Both the position numbers and the translations under genes were made by a program. 64,000 bases of DNA from Eledone cirrhosa (taxonomy: Eukaryota). The stretch's first letter is position 1. Every line of letters begins with the position of its first letter. The notes under the pieces were generated by a model that was not told the origin of the DNA, did no database searches, and saw only the letters and a list, made by a program, of their open reading frames with translations. The stretch is from positions 43,524,001 to 43,588,000 of the forward strand of contig OZ024750.1 of NCBI GenBank assembly GCA_964016885.1. Direction: 5' to 3'. Below are positions 12,749 to 27,811 of the stretch, in pieces.

Positions 12749-14130
12749 CGTAAAATAAGAAAATTAAAAAAAAAAAAAAAAAAAAAATTAACTTACTTAA
12801 ATTTTCACTCCAACTAATTAGTTTCTGCAATGGGATAAAGACAGTTACGTAATGAACTGTTGAGAATTTCATTGCGTCATCAGGGAGGTCATTCTCAGCC
12901 GAGTCTCCGGGGGATGCGCGGACACTGGGGACTCATATAAAAATAATAATAATTCGGTAAATGGAACAGCTATCGAGGACTGGATTCCAGCTACTGAAAA
13001 TTCTCACTGCCACTGATCATATGGCCGATTCTAAAGAATCAATCACGTGACACAGAGGCTAGTCAGTAGGAATGGGATGGTAAGATGACAAGCGCCTACT
13101 AACACCCCCAAAAAAAATTTAGAAGTGGTTTTGGCAGGTTTGCTCGACAAATCAGTGATTTGGAGATAAATATAGATAATTTAATATATCTACTAACATA
13201 AGCGCACAGATGGAATCCAGTCCTCGATAGCTGTTCCATTTACCGAATTATTATTATTTTTATATGAGTCCCCAGTGTCCGCGCATCGCCTGGAGACTCG
13301 GCTGAGAATGACCTCCCTGATGACGCAATGAAATTCTCAACAGTTCATTACGTAACTGTCTTTATCCCATTGCAGAAACTAATTAGTTGGAGTGAAAATT
13401 TAAGTAAGTTAATTTTAAAAAAAATTTTTTTAAAAAATTTTTCTTATTTTACTTTTATATTATTGTTCTGCATTCTCCTGCATCGAACCACCTAGGTACT
13501 ATGACATAACCTGTGTATTTGCTGGCATTAGCGTACATCTGTGCGCTTATGTTAGTAGATATATTAAATTATCTATATTTATCTCCAAATCACTGATTTG
13601 TCGAGCAAACCTGCCAAAACCACTTCTAAATTTTTTTTTGGGGTGTTAGTAGGCGCTTGTCATCTTACCATCCCATTCCTACTGACTAACCTCTGTGTCA
13701 CGTGATTGATTCTTTAGAATCGGCCATATGATCAGTGGCAGTGAGAATTTTCAGTAGCTGGAATCCAGTCCTCGATAGCTGTTCCATTTACCGAATTATT
13801 ATTATTTTTATATGAGTCCCCAGTGTCCGCGCATCGCCTGGAGACTCGGCTGAGAATGACCTCCCTGATGACGCAATGAAATTCTCAATAGTTCATTACG
13901 TAACTGTCTTTATCCCATTGCAGAAACTAATTAGTTGGAGTGAAAATTTAAGTAAGTAAGTTAATTTTTTTAAAAATAAAAAAAAATTTTTTTTCTTATT
14001 TTACGTCTTTTATATTATTGTTCTGCATTCTCCTGCATTGAACCACCTAGGTACTATGACATAACCTGTGTATTTTCTGGTATTAGCGTACATCTGTGCG
14101 CTTATGTTAGTAGATATATTAAATTATCTA
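12745..14130 (+). mobile_element. Retrozyme/pLTR-like cluster, family D: inverted copy plus tandem ~548-bp units, within (TA)n
   Basis: GGAATCCAGTCCTCGATAGC starts at ~13212 and ~13761; 12745-13210 is reverse-complementary to the unit. Confidence 0.85.
13313..13392 (+). ncRNA. Type I hammerhead-like motif, family D (also 13861-13940 +, 12808-12887 -)
   Basis: CTCC-CTGATGA-cGCAATG...CATTGCa-GAAA-C TAATTA G-TT-GGAG; stem II closes with a C/A mismatch. Confidence 0.65.
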
Positions 14131-14149
14131 TATATATATATATATATAG

Positions 14150-14255
14150 CTGGGTGGTTAGAGAATTGGATTTGTAATCGAGAGGTTGTGAGTTCGACTC
14201 CAGGACCGGGCGATGCGTTGTGTCCTTGAGCAAGACACTTTATTTCACGTTGCTT
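14150..14255 (+). mobile_element. tRNA-derived SINE, family 2
   Basis: TGGTTAGAG..GAGTTCGACTCC B-box followed by TGTGTCCTTGAGCAAGACACT. Confidence 0.75.
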
Positions 14256-14329
14256 CTTCTACCTGGAGTTGCGACCGATAGATGGTATTAGCAATTGGAG
14301 AAAACCAACGTTTCCTTTGTCAAATTTGA

Positions 14330-14384
<55 letters not shown>

Positions 14385-14839
14385 TGTGTGCGTTAGTGGG
14401 TTTGTATGTTTGTGTGTATGTGTATGCGTGAGCTATGTATGAGTTTTGCGCATAAGATGATTTGGGATTATTGGTCGAGAGGAGCGGAAATGTTCTCAGA
14501 ACGTACATATATATATATAGACATACATATTTATATATAGATATATATATATATACATACATATTTATATATAGATATACATATATATATATAGACATAC
14601 ATATATATATATAGATATACATATTTATATATAGATATACATATTTATATATAGACATACATATATATATATAGATATACATATTTATATACGAAATAAG
14701 TATAATTATTTTCACACACACACACACATATATATATAAGTATGTAATTATATTGCTAACAGGTACAAATATATATGAATATATATATTTACGTTCGTAG
14801 ATAATTCCCTCACTTGTCGATCAATAATTACAAATGTAT

Positions 14840-15225
14840 CTAAATATATATACATACACACACATATATATATATATACACATACATACATGCATACATA
14901 TATACACACATACATACACACACACATATATATATATATACATACATATATATATATCAACATATACATACAGACATATATATTTATATATATACATACA
15001 TGCATACATATATACACACATATATACACACATACATACATATAAACACATACATGCATACATATATACATAAATATATACACACACATTAATACATATA
15101 CACACACACATACATACACACTTACATACATACACACATACATATATAAAAACTTACATACATACACGCATACATTCATAAATATATATATACATACATA
15201 CACACTTACATACATACACATATAC

Positions 15226-15298
<73 letters not shown>

Positions 15299-15845
15299 CA
15301 TGCACACATACATTCATATATATACATACATACATACACACTGACATACGCACATACATTCATATATATATACATACACACATACATTCATATTTATACA
15401 TACATACATACACACTTACATACATACACACATACATTCATATATATACACACACACATACATGCTTACATACACACATACATTCATATATATATATACA
15501 TACATACACACATACATTGATATATATATATATATATATATACATACACACATACATTCATATATATATACACACATACATACATGCTTACCTACATACA
15601 CACATACATTCATATATATATATATATATACATACATACACACTTACATACATACATACATTCATATATATATATACATACATACATACACACATACATT
15701 CATATATATACATACATACATACACACATGCATTCATATATATATATATACATACATACACACTGACATACATACATACATTCATATATATATACATACA
15801 TACACGCATACATTCATATATATACATACATACACACATGCATTC

Positions 15846-15878
<33 letters not shown>

Positions 15879-16790
15879 CACACATACATTCATATATATA
15901 TATACACACATACATACATGCTTACATACATACACACATACATTCATATATATATATACATAAATACATACATACATACCACACTTACATACATACATAC
16001 TTACATACATACATACATTCATATATATATATACATACATACATACACACATACATTCATATATATATACATACATACATACACACATACATTCATATAT
16101 ATATATACATACATACATACACACATACATTCATATATATATATACATACATTCATACATACACACATACATTCATATATATACATACATACTACATACA
16201 TACACACATGCATTCATATATATATATATATATATACATACATACACACATTCATATATATATATACATAAATACATACATACATACACACTTACATACA
16301 TACATACATACATACATATATACACACTTACATTCATACATATATATATATACATACATACACACATACATTCATATATATATATATATACATACATACA
16401 CACATACATTCATATATATATATATATATATATATACATACATACACACATACATTCATATATATATATACATACACACACATACATTCATATATATATA
16501 CACACATATATACATGCTTACATACATACACACATACATTCATATATATATATATACATACATTTATATATATATATACATACATACACACATACATTCA
16601 TATATAAACATACATACATACACACATACATTCATATATATATACATACACACATACACACATACATTCATATATATATATATATATACATACATACACA
16701 CATACATTCATATATATAATTATACATAAATAAATGCATACATACATACACACTTACACACATACATACATACACACATACATTCATATA

Positions 16791-16888
<98 letters not shown>

Positions 16889-16895
16889 TACACAC
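14840..16895. repeat. Compound (TA)/(CATA)/(CA) microsatellite with recurring CATTCATA motif
   Basis: About 2 kb of low-complexity repeat. Confidence 0.95.
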
Positions 16896-17257
16896 CCTCG
16901 AATATAACAGCACCAAACAAACAAACAGACGGCGTACTGTTGAAATTAAATTATAGTCTATAGACTTTGAAAGTAAATAAAATAAATCAGAAAAGACTAG
17001 AAAATAAATTGTTGTAATTGGATAATAATTGTTTGAAGCTTTCAAACAAAAATCGCCATTAGGGAAAAAAATGAAGGAGAGAGAAAGTTTGTAAGTGAAG
17101 CCAATACATTAGTGGTACGGTTTGGGTATATGAATGGCCCAGGGACATGGATAACGACACAAATATTATGTTCGAGAATGATTCTTAGCGCCAAATTCAA
17201 CTAACATTTATCTACCACTTCACATTTTTCTCTCAAGGGAAATTAATAATATCAGAA

Positions 17258-18322
17258 TGATGGGGGGTGGATGGGGATGGTGGTGGTGGTGGTGGTGGTG
17301 GTGGGGATTGTGGTGGTGGGGATTGTGGTGGTGGTGGGGATTGTGGTGGTGGTGGTGGGGATTGTGGTGGTGGTGGTGTGGTGATGGGGGTGGTGGTGGT
17401 GTGGTGGTGGTGGTGGTGGTGGAGGTGTGGTGGTGGTGGGGATTGTGGTGGTGGTGGTGGTGGGTGACGGGGGTGGTGGTGGTGTGGTGGTGGTGGCGTG
17501 GTGATGGTGGTGGTGGTGGGGATTGTGGTGGTGGTGTGGTGGTGGTGGTGGGTGATGGTGGTGGTGGTGATTGTAGTGTTGGTGGGGGTTGTGGTGTTGG
17601 CGCGGTGGTGGTGTTGTGGTGGGTGACGGTGGTGGGGATTGTAGTGTTGGTGGGGTGGGGGGGGGTGTTGTTGTTGGTGGTGGTGGTGGCGGTGGGGATT
17701 GTGGTGATGGTGGAGATTGTGGTGGTAGTGGGGGTTGTGGTGTTGGCGCGGTGGTGGTGGCACGGGGTGGTGTAGGGTAGTGGTGGTGGTGGCATGATGG
17801 TGGTGGTGGTGGTTGTGGTGATGGTGGTGGTGGTGATGGGGATGGTGGTGGTGGTGGTGGTGGTGATGGTGGTGACGTGGTGGTGGGGCTTGTGGTGATG
17901 GTGTGTGGGTGGTGGTGGCGATGGTGGTGACGTGAGGTGGGGTTTGTGGTGATAGTGTGGAGGTGGTGGTGGTGATGGGGGTTGTGGTGTTGGCGCGGTG
18001 GTGGTGGAGGTGATGGAGGTGATGGGGGTGACGTGGTGGTGGGGCTTGTGGTGATGGTGTGGGGGTGGTGGTGATGGTGGTGACGTGGTGGTGGGGCTTG
18101 TGGTGATGGTGTGGGGGTGGTGGTGGTGATGGTGGTGATGTGGTGGTGGGGCTTGTGGTGATGGTGTCGGGGTGGTGGTGGTGATGGGGTTTGTGGTGTT
18201 GGCGCGGTGGTGGTGGCATGGGGTGGTGTGGACTGGTGGTGGTGGTGGTGTAGTGGTGGTGGGAGTAGTTGTCGTATTTGTGGTGGTGGTTGTGGTGGCG
18301 GGGCGTAGTGGTGGTGGTGTGG
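17258..18322. repeat. Degenerate (GGT)n tract
   Basis: About 1 kb of GGT/GGTG repeats with internal duplications. Confidence 0.92.
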
Positions 18323-18329
18323 AGTCTTG

Positions 18330-18485
18330 AAAAAATGCTTTGACGCATAGAGTTACAGCCCTTGTCATTCTGAGTTCAAATCCCGCCGAGGTTAACTTTG
18401 CCTCTCATCCTTACGTGGTCGATAAAATAAAGTACCAGTAATGTACTGGGATAATTGCTGGCCTTGTTTCAAAAGTAGAAACAAT
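18330..18485 (+). mobile_element. tRNA-derived SINE, family 1
   Basis: CTGAGTTCAAATCCCGCCGAGGTTAACTTTGCC...AAGTACCAGTAATGTACTG. Confidence 0.8.
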
Positions 18486-18599
18486 TATATAATAATATAT
18501 GTATCAATAAACAGTAAATCGTGTGTCTAAAATTACGAGGGCTGAAATACCAACCTCCGTAATTTTAGTCACACGATTTACTGTCTTTTACTACATATA

Positions 18600-18663
<64 letters not shown>

Positions 18664-19176
18664 CTGATGAATAGCTTATGTTAATTTTAACCCTTCTGTT
18701 GAGAACTCCATTCGATTTGTGATGTTTTTGCATTGTTGCAGAAATATACACAACTGAATTCATTCGCCTGATATAGGGGTTGCCTCCGTTGGCGATACCC
18801 ACGTGGAGTCAGCAATAGTCAGTCCTTGTATTAACATTGAACTAAAACCTGTTGAGAAAGTGACTTCCTTGTTCATTATCTTACCATAAGCCTGACATTA
18901 TTTATGTAAGCAGACGGTACTTGATTTAGGAGCCGCAGAAACCCAAATACTGGATTTTACCAACCTTCCAGGGGTCTGGGTAAATTTTCAATACCCGAAT
19001 TACTTGATCGTTTTTTTGGGGGCTATGCGAATGATTGTTTAACCATCGTCTCAGTGTGTTTGGCCTTTAACGTTTGTTATAGCTCTGGTTCATCTGAATC
19101 ATTGAGTACTTGCCGCACATCTCGGAGGTTGTTTTTCGTTATTTCGTGGCCCGAAATGCGAATCTCGATAATTTAT

Positions 19177-19249
<73 letters not shown>

Positions 19250-19428
19250 ATATTATATAAATGGAAACTATATTTATAAAACCATATTTATTCTATTATA
19301 TATATTTCAAGGGTACAACAAATTTTGGTACGCATTCATCAGATAAAATACAAAATGTTTTATAAATATTTGACATGACCAAGGATGATATACCTTAACG
19401 GTTCAAGTTATCCCTGGAATAAATATCT

Positions 19429-19494
<66 letters not shown>

Positions 19495-19537
19495 GTATGT
19501 ATATATATAAATATATATATGTATGTATATATATATG

Positions 19538-19714
<177 letters not shown>

Positions 19715-19715
19715 G

Positions 19716-19826
<111 letters not shown>

Positions 19827-19918
19827 TAATATATATATATATATATGTTTATCCCAGGTTCAATCGGGGGTAACCACAGTAAGGTACTCAATACATAGAC
19901 ACACACACACATATATAC

Positions 19919-19951
<33 letters not shown>

Positions 19952-20359
19952 CGCGCGTTATATCACGAAAATGTATACATATATGGCGTATAGATAGAAT
20001 ATATGATTTATTTTACAAGGTAAACATTGACAATAAATAATACAACATGGTTAATGAAATGTATGTCATCAACACCACAGCATCAGATTATCCCTAATTA
20101 TCTCCCCTTGCCCTTAATGATCTCACCTTGAAGATTTCTCTATTATTTGTCCTTGTTCACTGTTTCTTTCCAGGTTATTGTAAAGTTAATCTATATAATC
20201 AACACACAATAAATATTATTGCTTTTGTCCCAGGTGATTCCAAGGTACCGTTCTGTTAAAGAGAGACAATTGTAATGTCGGGGTCACCGTCCTTGTTTAC
20301 AGACATATGTATTGACACAAGATCACAACCCTTTGAAGTTATCACACACACACACACAT

Positions 20360-20441
<82 letters not shown>

Positions 20442-20538
20442 ATGTATATAAATATGGATGTATATATGTTTATATATATATGTATATGCATATATGTATA
20501 TAAGTATATAATTAATATATACATATGTATGTGTGTGC

Positions 20539-20621
<83 letters not shown>

Positions 20622-21221
20622 CATGTGTGTGTGCGTGTCTGACTGTGTATGTGTGTGTGTATGGAGACGCGTATAGGTATGTGCATGCGTTTCTGTGTAT
20701 GCGTATATTGTATAGACATACTAATTTACAACATATAATAATGCTTATTAAAGAGAAGAAGAGTAGACAACAATATTGTATGAGGTTCTGCAGTGCACAA
20801 CTTACAATGTTACTATAAAAAAACAGATCAGTTGAGGCTTGATATTGTAGGTAAAGAGTCTTTACATTTCGGGCACTAGTCCTTCATCATACAGCATTTC
20901 TTGGGTATTTTAACTTCAAGTTCAATGAACTCATAATATGAAGTTCACATGAAGATATGTCTTTATATTTACACCAATTATTGTATTGTATCTGACGAAA
21001 GCGTTCTAAAATATTAGTACCCTTGAAATACGTATAATAGAATAAATATGGTTTTATAAAGATATTTTCCATTTATTAATATTATTGACATTATATATAT
21101 ATGTATATATATAACCAAAAGTTAAACAAGGTTCACTGATTAATCAATGAATATAGTTTTACAATAGATTAGAAGCACTCAACAGTCTCGTTTTCTAGAG
21201 TTATTAATATTAATTCAAAAT

Positions 21222-21676
<455 letters not shown>

Positions 21677-21989
21677 TATATATATATGAGCCTTCCAATT
21701 TCATTTTACAACATACACATGTCAGTGTATATTTTAATTATTAAAAGCGCCATTTTGAGAAGCTCTGGTATAGATTAACGTTCAAGGAAGGTTTGACTGC
21801 TATTCCTAGCCGCTCCAGTAATCATGTATATATTCCCATATAAATAAATTCTATAAGAACCAAGGGGAGTTGCTGAGGGACGCCATCCGCTAGAAAGACA
21901 ACAGTTAAGTTAGGTCGATAATGTAATGAGAAGAAAACAATGAGATTAATTAACAATTATTAATAATTAATTATAATTCGACATTACTG

Positions 21990-22320
21990 ATGGTGTTGGT
22001 GGTGATGTGGTGGTGGGGGTGTGTAGTGTGGTGGTGGTGGTATGGTAGTGTGGTGGTGGTGGTATGGTGGTGGTGATGTGGTGGTGTGTTGGTGGTAGTG
22101 GTATAGTGAGGACCTGGTGGTAGTGTGGTGGGTTTGTGGTGGTGGTGTGATGGTGGTAGTGGTGTGGTGGTAGTGGTATAGTGAGGACGTGGTGGTATGG
22201 AGGTGCTGATGTGGTGGTGTGTTGGTGGTAGTGGTGTGGTGGTAGTGATATAGTGAGGACGAGGTGGTGGTGTGGTGGTGGTGTGGTGGTATTCGTAGTG
22301 TTTTAGTTATGGTAGTGGTG
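21990..22320. repeat. Degenerate (GGT)n tract
   Basis: GGT/AGT repeats. Confidence 0.85.
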
Positions 22321-22997
22321 TTTGTATTGGAGGTAGAATGATGGAAATATAAATAATAAAGTATAAAAACAAAATTAAGTAATGAAAGGAGGGAGGGATA
22401 AGAAGGGGGAGGGGTAAAGAAGGGAGAGGGATGTGAAGATGGTGTAGAGGTAAATAAGGGGATGGAGGTGTAAAAAAGGGAAGGGAGGGTAAAGAAAAGG
22501 GGTACAGAAAGGGTGAAGAAGGGGAGGGAGGAGTAAAGAAGGGAGAAGGTGTTAAGAAGGAGGTGAGAGAGGCAAAGAAGGGAAAGGGAGGGGGAAAAAG
22601 GGGGAAAGCGGGGGGAAAAAGGGGTGGGAGGGGTAAAAAAGAGCAGACCTGGTTTTAAAGGAAAGTAAAGGAAAGGAATAAGTAATAAAAAGGAGAGAAA
22701 AAGTAAGGACGGTTGGGTTAGGGAAGGGGAGATGGTGATAGGGTCTTAGAGCAGGGACGGTTTCGGCTGCACCCCAGGGATAAAGCTGCAGAGGTATTTC
22801 CGCAGACAACGGCCAGCGACACCCGCTACATCAGCCACCCCACCCAGCGGGCTCATCTACAATATGAAATTGTAGCAAATACTGGAATACGAGGGAGAAC
22901 TAGATTTGTCCACCATGTACTTGAGTGTGTGTGTGTGTATGTATGTATGTATGTATGTATGTATGTATGTATGTATGTATGTATGTATGTAGAAATA

Positions 22998-23165
22998 AAT
23001 GTTTCTACTTTTGGCACAAGGCCAGCAATTACCCGGTGCATTACTGGTACTTTATTTTATCGACCCCGTAAGGACGAAAGGCAAAGTTAACCTCGGCGGG
23101 ATTTGAACTCAGGATGGCAAGGGCCGTAACTCCATACGTCAAAGCATGGCGCCCAATCCGCCGCC
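22998..23165 (-). mobile_element. tRNA-derived SINE, family 1
   Basis: Near-identical to 1664-1850. Confidence 0.8.
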
Positions 23166-23291
23166 CTATATATATATATATATAGTAATAATAATAAATG
23201 TGAAGACTAAAATCCGAAGAGGGCTCAATAAGGGTAATATATATATCAAATATATAAAACCATAGAGCAAATATTTATTAAAATATTTTTT

Positions 23292-23342
23292 AGTTTCAGA
23301 AGATCCCGTTAAGGGTGAAAGCAGCGATTCTTTGCTTAAACT
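23292..23342 (+). ncRNA. Variant-core hammerhead-like motif, family G (also 28302-28352 -, 36861-36911 -, 36927-36977 +)
   Basis: AGTTT-CAGAAGA-tCCC gttaa GGGt-GAAA-GCA..TGC-TT-AAACT; all three stems form but the core is CAGAAGA. Confidence 0.55.
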
Positions 23343-23668
23343 TTAATCTGTTATTTTAATAAATCTATCTATATATATATATATAGTAAAAGAGTCAGGA
23401 CCCCCAAGACAGTTTCGTATCTAACTATCGAAGCAGCCGGAGCTCAGCCGTCGGGGTCCTGACTCTTTTCCTACTACCCTCTCTACTACCCTAAGTATTG
23501 AGTACTCTAGTGCGTTATGGTTCACCTGGTTCTTTATTACACTTTCTTTGTTGATATTTATATATATATATATATACATATATGCGTGTGTGTTCGTGTA
23601 TGTATGTATGTATATATGCATGTATATATGTATGTATATATTTATATTTATGTATGTATGAATGTATA

Positions 23669-23704
<36 letters not shown>

Positions 23705-23834
23705 TGTATGTATGTATGTATGTATGTACGTATGTATGTATATGTATATGTATGTGTATATATGTGTATGTATGTGTGTATGTATGTATGTATGAATGTA
23801 TATATATATATATATATGTATATGTATATACATT

Positions 23835-24352
23835 CAAGGTTTCTTGGTGAGGAGGGGGACTTTGGACATCCTGCAGGACTAAAAACTAAACCTGTCAAAG
23901 GTCAAACGAGCTCTTAAGAGTCAATGGCCATCCAAAATCACCGGGAGAGATGACCCCTTAGCCTTTGTCAAGGCAGAATTCTAGGAGAAGGAAAACTCTG
24001 ATATAACACCTGCAACCCTGATGGTATCCAATGATGTTGACTTGTTCTTCTTTTTGGTAAATATCATCTTGGTTAAGAGAGTGGGACTGGCTTTGTGCAG
24101 TGCCTTTGCTCACTATAAAAGGTTCACGGCACAGGCATTGCTTTATATCTGGAGATCTCTATGCACTTGTCGTCACATTGTACCATGGGCCCAGCACTAT
24201 GTGTCAATAATTGTCACAAGTGTAGTGTTTGTACCAGATTTTTCAAGTCGCTGGCTGGACTAAAAAGTCACACTCGTTCAGCGCATCGGTAGGGGTTCTC
24301 CTACATGGATATAAAGTAGTGGCCGTACTCGAAAACGAGTTGGCAGCCACCA
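23835..24352 (+). mobile_element. Non-autonomous RTE-like retroelement, 5'-truncated
   Basis: Reverse-complement match to 31487-31970; contains CTAGGAGAAGGAAAACTCTGA, recalled from RTE 5' regions; ends in TGTA-type repeats. Confidence 0.6.
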
Positions 24353-25427
24353 TGTATGTGTATATATATATATGTATGTATATATGTTTATGTGTTTATA
24401 TGTATGTATGCATGTATGTATGTATATATGTATATATGTATATATGTAGATACGTATATATATATATATGTGTGTGTGTATGTGTGTGTGTGTATGTACG
24501 TATATATCTATATATATATTTCTTCTCGTGTCTATATGGTGTGTTTGCTTGTGAGAGTGTCAACGAAAGTATATCGAGATTTGGACACAAACGCCATATT
24601 GGCGTACTTGTGAGGGTGTGTATGTGTGTGTGTGTGTGCGTGTGCATCTGTGTGTGTGCGTGTGCATCTGTTTTTATGTGTGTGTGCCTGTGTATATATA
24701 TGAGTGTGTGTCTGTGCATGTGTGTCTCTTTATATGTGTGTGTGTGTGTGCATCTGTTTTTATGTGTGTGTGCCTGTGTGTGTGTATATAATATATGAGT
24801 GTGTGTGTCTGTGCATGTGCGTCTCTGTATATGGGTGTGTGTGTGTGCATCTGTTTTTATGTGTGTGCGTGTGCGTGTGTATGTATGTGTATATGAGTGT
24901 ATATGTGTGCGTGTGCGTCTCTGTATATGTGTGTGTGGGCATGTGCGTCTGTTTTCATGTATGTGTGTGTAAGTGGGTGCCTCTCTGTATATGTGTGTGT
25001 GATTGGGTGCGTCTCTGTATATGTGTGTGTGAGTAGGTGCGTCTCTGTATATGTGTGTGTGAGTAGGTGCGTCTCTGTATATGTGTGTGAGTGCGTCTCT
25101 GTATATGTGTGTGAGTGGGTGTGTCTCTGTATATGTGTGTGTGTGACTGCGTCTCTGTATATGTGTGTATGAGTGGGTGCGTCTATGTATATGTGTGTGC
25201 ATGTGCGTCTGTTTTTATGCATGTGTGTATGTGTATATGAGTGTATGTGTGCATGTGTGCGTGTGCGCCTCTGTATATGTGTGTGCGTGTGCGTCTCTGT
25301 CTGTGTATATATATGTTTGTGTATGTGTATATGTCTATGTGTGAGTGTGTGTATATATGAATGTGTGTGTATGTGTATATGAATGTGTGTGTGCGTATTT
25401 GAATGTGTGTGTGAGTGTGTGTATGTA

Positions 25428-25935
25428 TGTGTGGTAATATTTAAAAGGCTGCGTGTGTGTGTGTCTATGTATATATATGTGGTAATATTTAAGAGGCTGT
25501 GTGAATGTGTGTGTGTCGTTATGTGTATATGAATGTTTGTGTGTGTATGTATATATGTGTGGTAGTATTTAAGAGGCTGTGTGTGTATGTATATATGTGT
25601 AGTACTATTCAAGAGGCTGTGCGTGTGTGTGTGTGTATGTATATATGTGTAGAACTATTTAAGAGGCTGTATGTGTGTGTGTGTATGTATATATGTGTGG
25701 TACTATTTAAGAGGCTGTGTGTATGTATATATGTGTGGTAGTATTTAAGAGGCTGTGTGTGTATGTATATATGTGTGGTAGTATTTAAGAGGCTGTGTTT
25801 TTGTGTGTATGTATATATGTGTGGTACTATTTAAGAGGTTGTGTGTGTGTATGTATGTATGTGTGGTACTATTTAAGAGGCTGTGTGTATGTGTGTGTGT
25901 GTGTATGTATGTGTGGTACTATTTAAGAGGCCGTG
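25428..25935. repeat. Minisatellite GTGGTAcTATTTAAGAGGCTG with (GT)-rich linkers
   Basis: About 11 copies of the core. Confidence 0.85.
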
Positions 25936-26554
25936 TGTGGAGCAACACCTTCTGGTTTGGACGAGAGAGAGGCTGGCAAACAGCAAAAACCTGCTCAGAA
26001 CACAAATCAAATCAACTTGGTACACAGGGGAGGATGTTCACTGAACAGAATGGTAGATTTATAACCACTGTAAAGTTGATGTAATGCCCTGGAGATACAC
26101 TGGAGATTAGACGATTAAGAGAGAGGGGGACGTGAGAATGAGAGGGGAGGAGGGGGAGGGGAGGGGGAATAGGAGGAGAGGGACGGAGAGGGACGGAGAA
26201 TGAGAAGGGGAGACGTGAGAGGAGGGGGAAGGGGAGGAGGAGGAGGAGGACGGAGGGGAGACGGAGAATGAGAGGGGGAGACGTGAGAGGAAGGGGAAGA
26301 GGAGGTGGAGGACGAAAAGGGATGATGGAGAATGAGAGAGGGAGACGTGAGAGGAGGGGGAGGAGAAGGAGAGGAGGCGAGGGGAGGAGGAGCAATATGG
26401 AGAATGGGAGAGGAAACGTGAGAGAAGGAGAGGGAGAGTAATAAGTACGAAGAATAATATTAAGAAGGAAAACGGAAGAAAGAAAAAGAAAATGAAGAAT
26501 TGGAAGAGGAAGAATGATAAACGTAAGAAGTAGAATTGGATGAACGAAGTGGAT

Positions 26555-27103
26555 AGAAGAAGAGAAGAAGAAGAAGAAGAAGAAGAAGAAGAAGAAGAAG
26601 AAGAAGAAGAAGAAGAAGAAGAAGAAGAAGAAGGGGAAGAAGAAGGAGAAGAAGGGAAAGAAGAAGAAGAAGAAGAAGAAGAAGAAGAAGAAGAAGAAGA
26701 AGAAGAAGAAGAAGAAAAAGAGAAGAGGAAGGAGAAGAAAAAGAAGAAGAAGAAGAAGAAGAAGAAGAAGAAGAAGAAGAAGGGGAAGAAGAAGGAGAAG
26801 AAGGGAAAGAAGAAGAAGAAGAAGAAGAAGAAGAAGAAGAAGAAGAAGAAGAAGAAGAAGAAGAAAAAGAGAAGAGGAAGGAGAAGAAAAAGAAGAAGAA
26901 GAAGAAGAAGAAGAAGAAGAAGAAGAAGAAGAAGAAGAAGAAGAAGAAGGAGAAGAAGGGAAAGAAGAAGAAGAAGAAGAAGAAGAAGGGGAAGAAGAAG
27001 GAGAAGAAGGGGAAGAAGAGGGAGAAGAAGGGAAAGAAGAAGAAGAAGAAGAAGAGAAGAGGAAGGAGAAGAAGGGAAAGAAGAAGGGAAAGAAGAAGAA
27101 GAA

Positions 27104-27135
<32 letters not shown>

Positions 27136-27210
27136 AGAAGGAGAATAAGAATAAGAGGAAGAAGAAGAAGAGAAGAAGAGGAAGGAGAAGAAGGGGAAGA
27201 GGAAGAAGAA

Positions 27211-27242
<32 letters not shown>

Positions 27243-27351
27243 AGAAGAAGTGGAAGGAGAAGAAGGGAAAGAAGAAGAAGAAGAAGAAGAAGAAGAAGAA
27301 GAAGAAGAAGAAGAAGAAGAGGAATGAGAAGAAGGGAAAGAAGAAGGGAAA

Positions 27352-27397
<46 letters not shown>

Positions 27398-27710
27398 GAG
27401 AATAAGAATAAGAGGAAGAAGAAGAAGAGAAGAAGAGGAAGGAGAAGAAGGGGAAGAGGAAGAAGAAGAAGGAGAAGAAGAGGAAGAAGAAGAGAAAGAA
27501 GAAGAAGAAGAAGAAGAAGAAGGGGAAGGAGAAGAAGAAGAAGGGGAAGAAGAAGAAGAAGAAGAAGAAGAAGAAGAAGAAGAAGAAGAAGATGAAGAGA
27601 TGAAGAAGAAGAAGAAGAAGAAGAAGAAGAAGAAGAAGAAGAAGAAGAAGAAGAGATGAAGAAGAAGAAGAAGATGAAGATGAAGATGAAGTAGAAGTAG
27701 AAGTAGTAGG
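26555..27710. repeat. (GAA)n polypurine tract
   Basis: About 1.15 kb of GAA with internal higher-order duplications. Confidence 0.95.
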
Positions 27711-27811
27711 TAAAAAGAATGAAACAATAAAAAGGAGAGATTAAAACAAGATTCCAACTGAAGTTTATAAGAGAGTCTGATATCTCGTCTAATATTTAAC
27801 CTGGAAACAGT

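Noticed and set aside
14150-14215. Functional tRNA gene
   Set aside because: No complete cloverleaf; the sequence continues into a SINE body seen elsewhere in the window.
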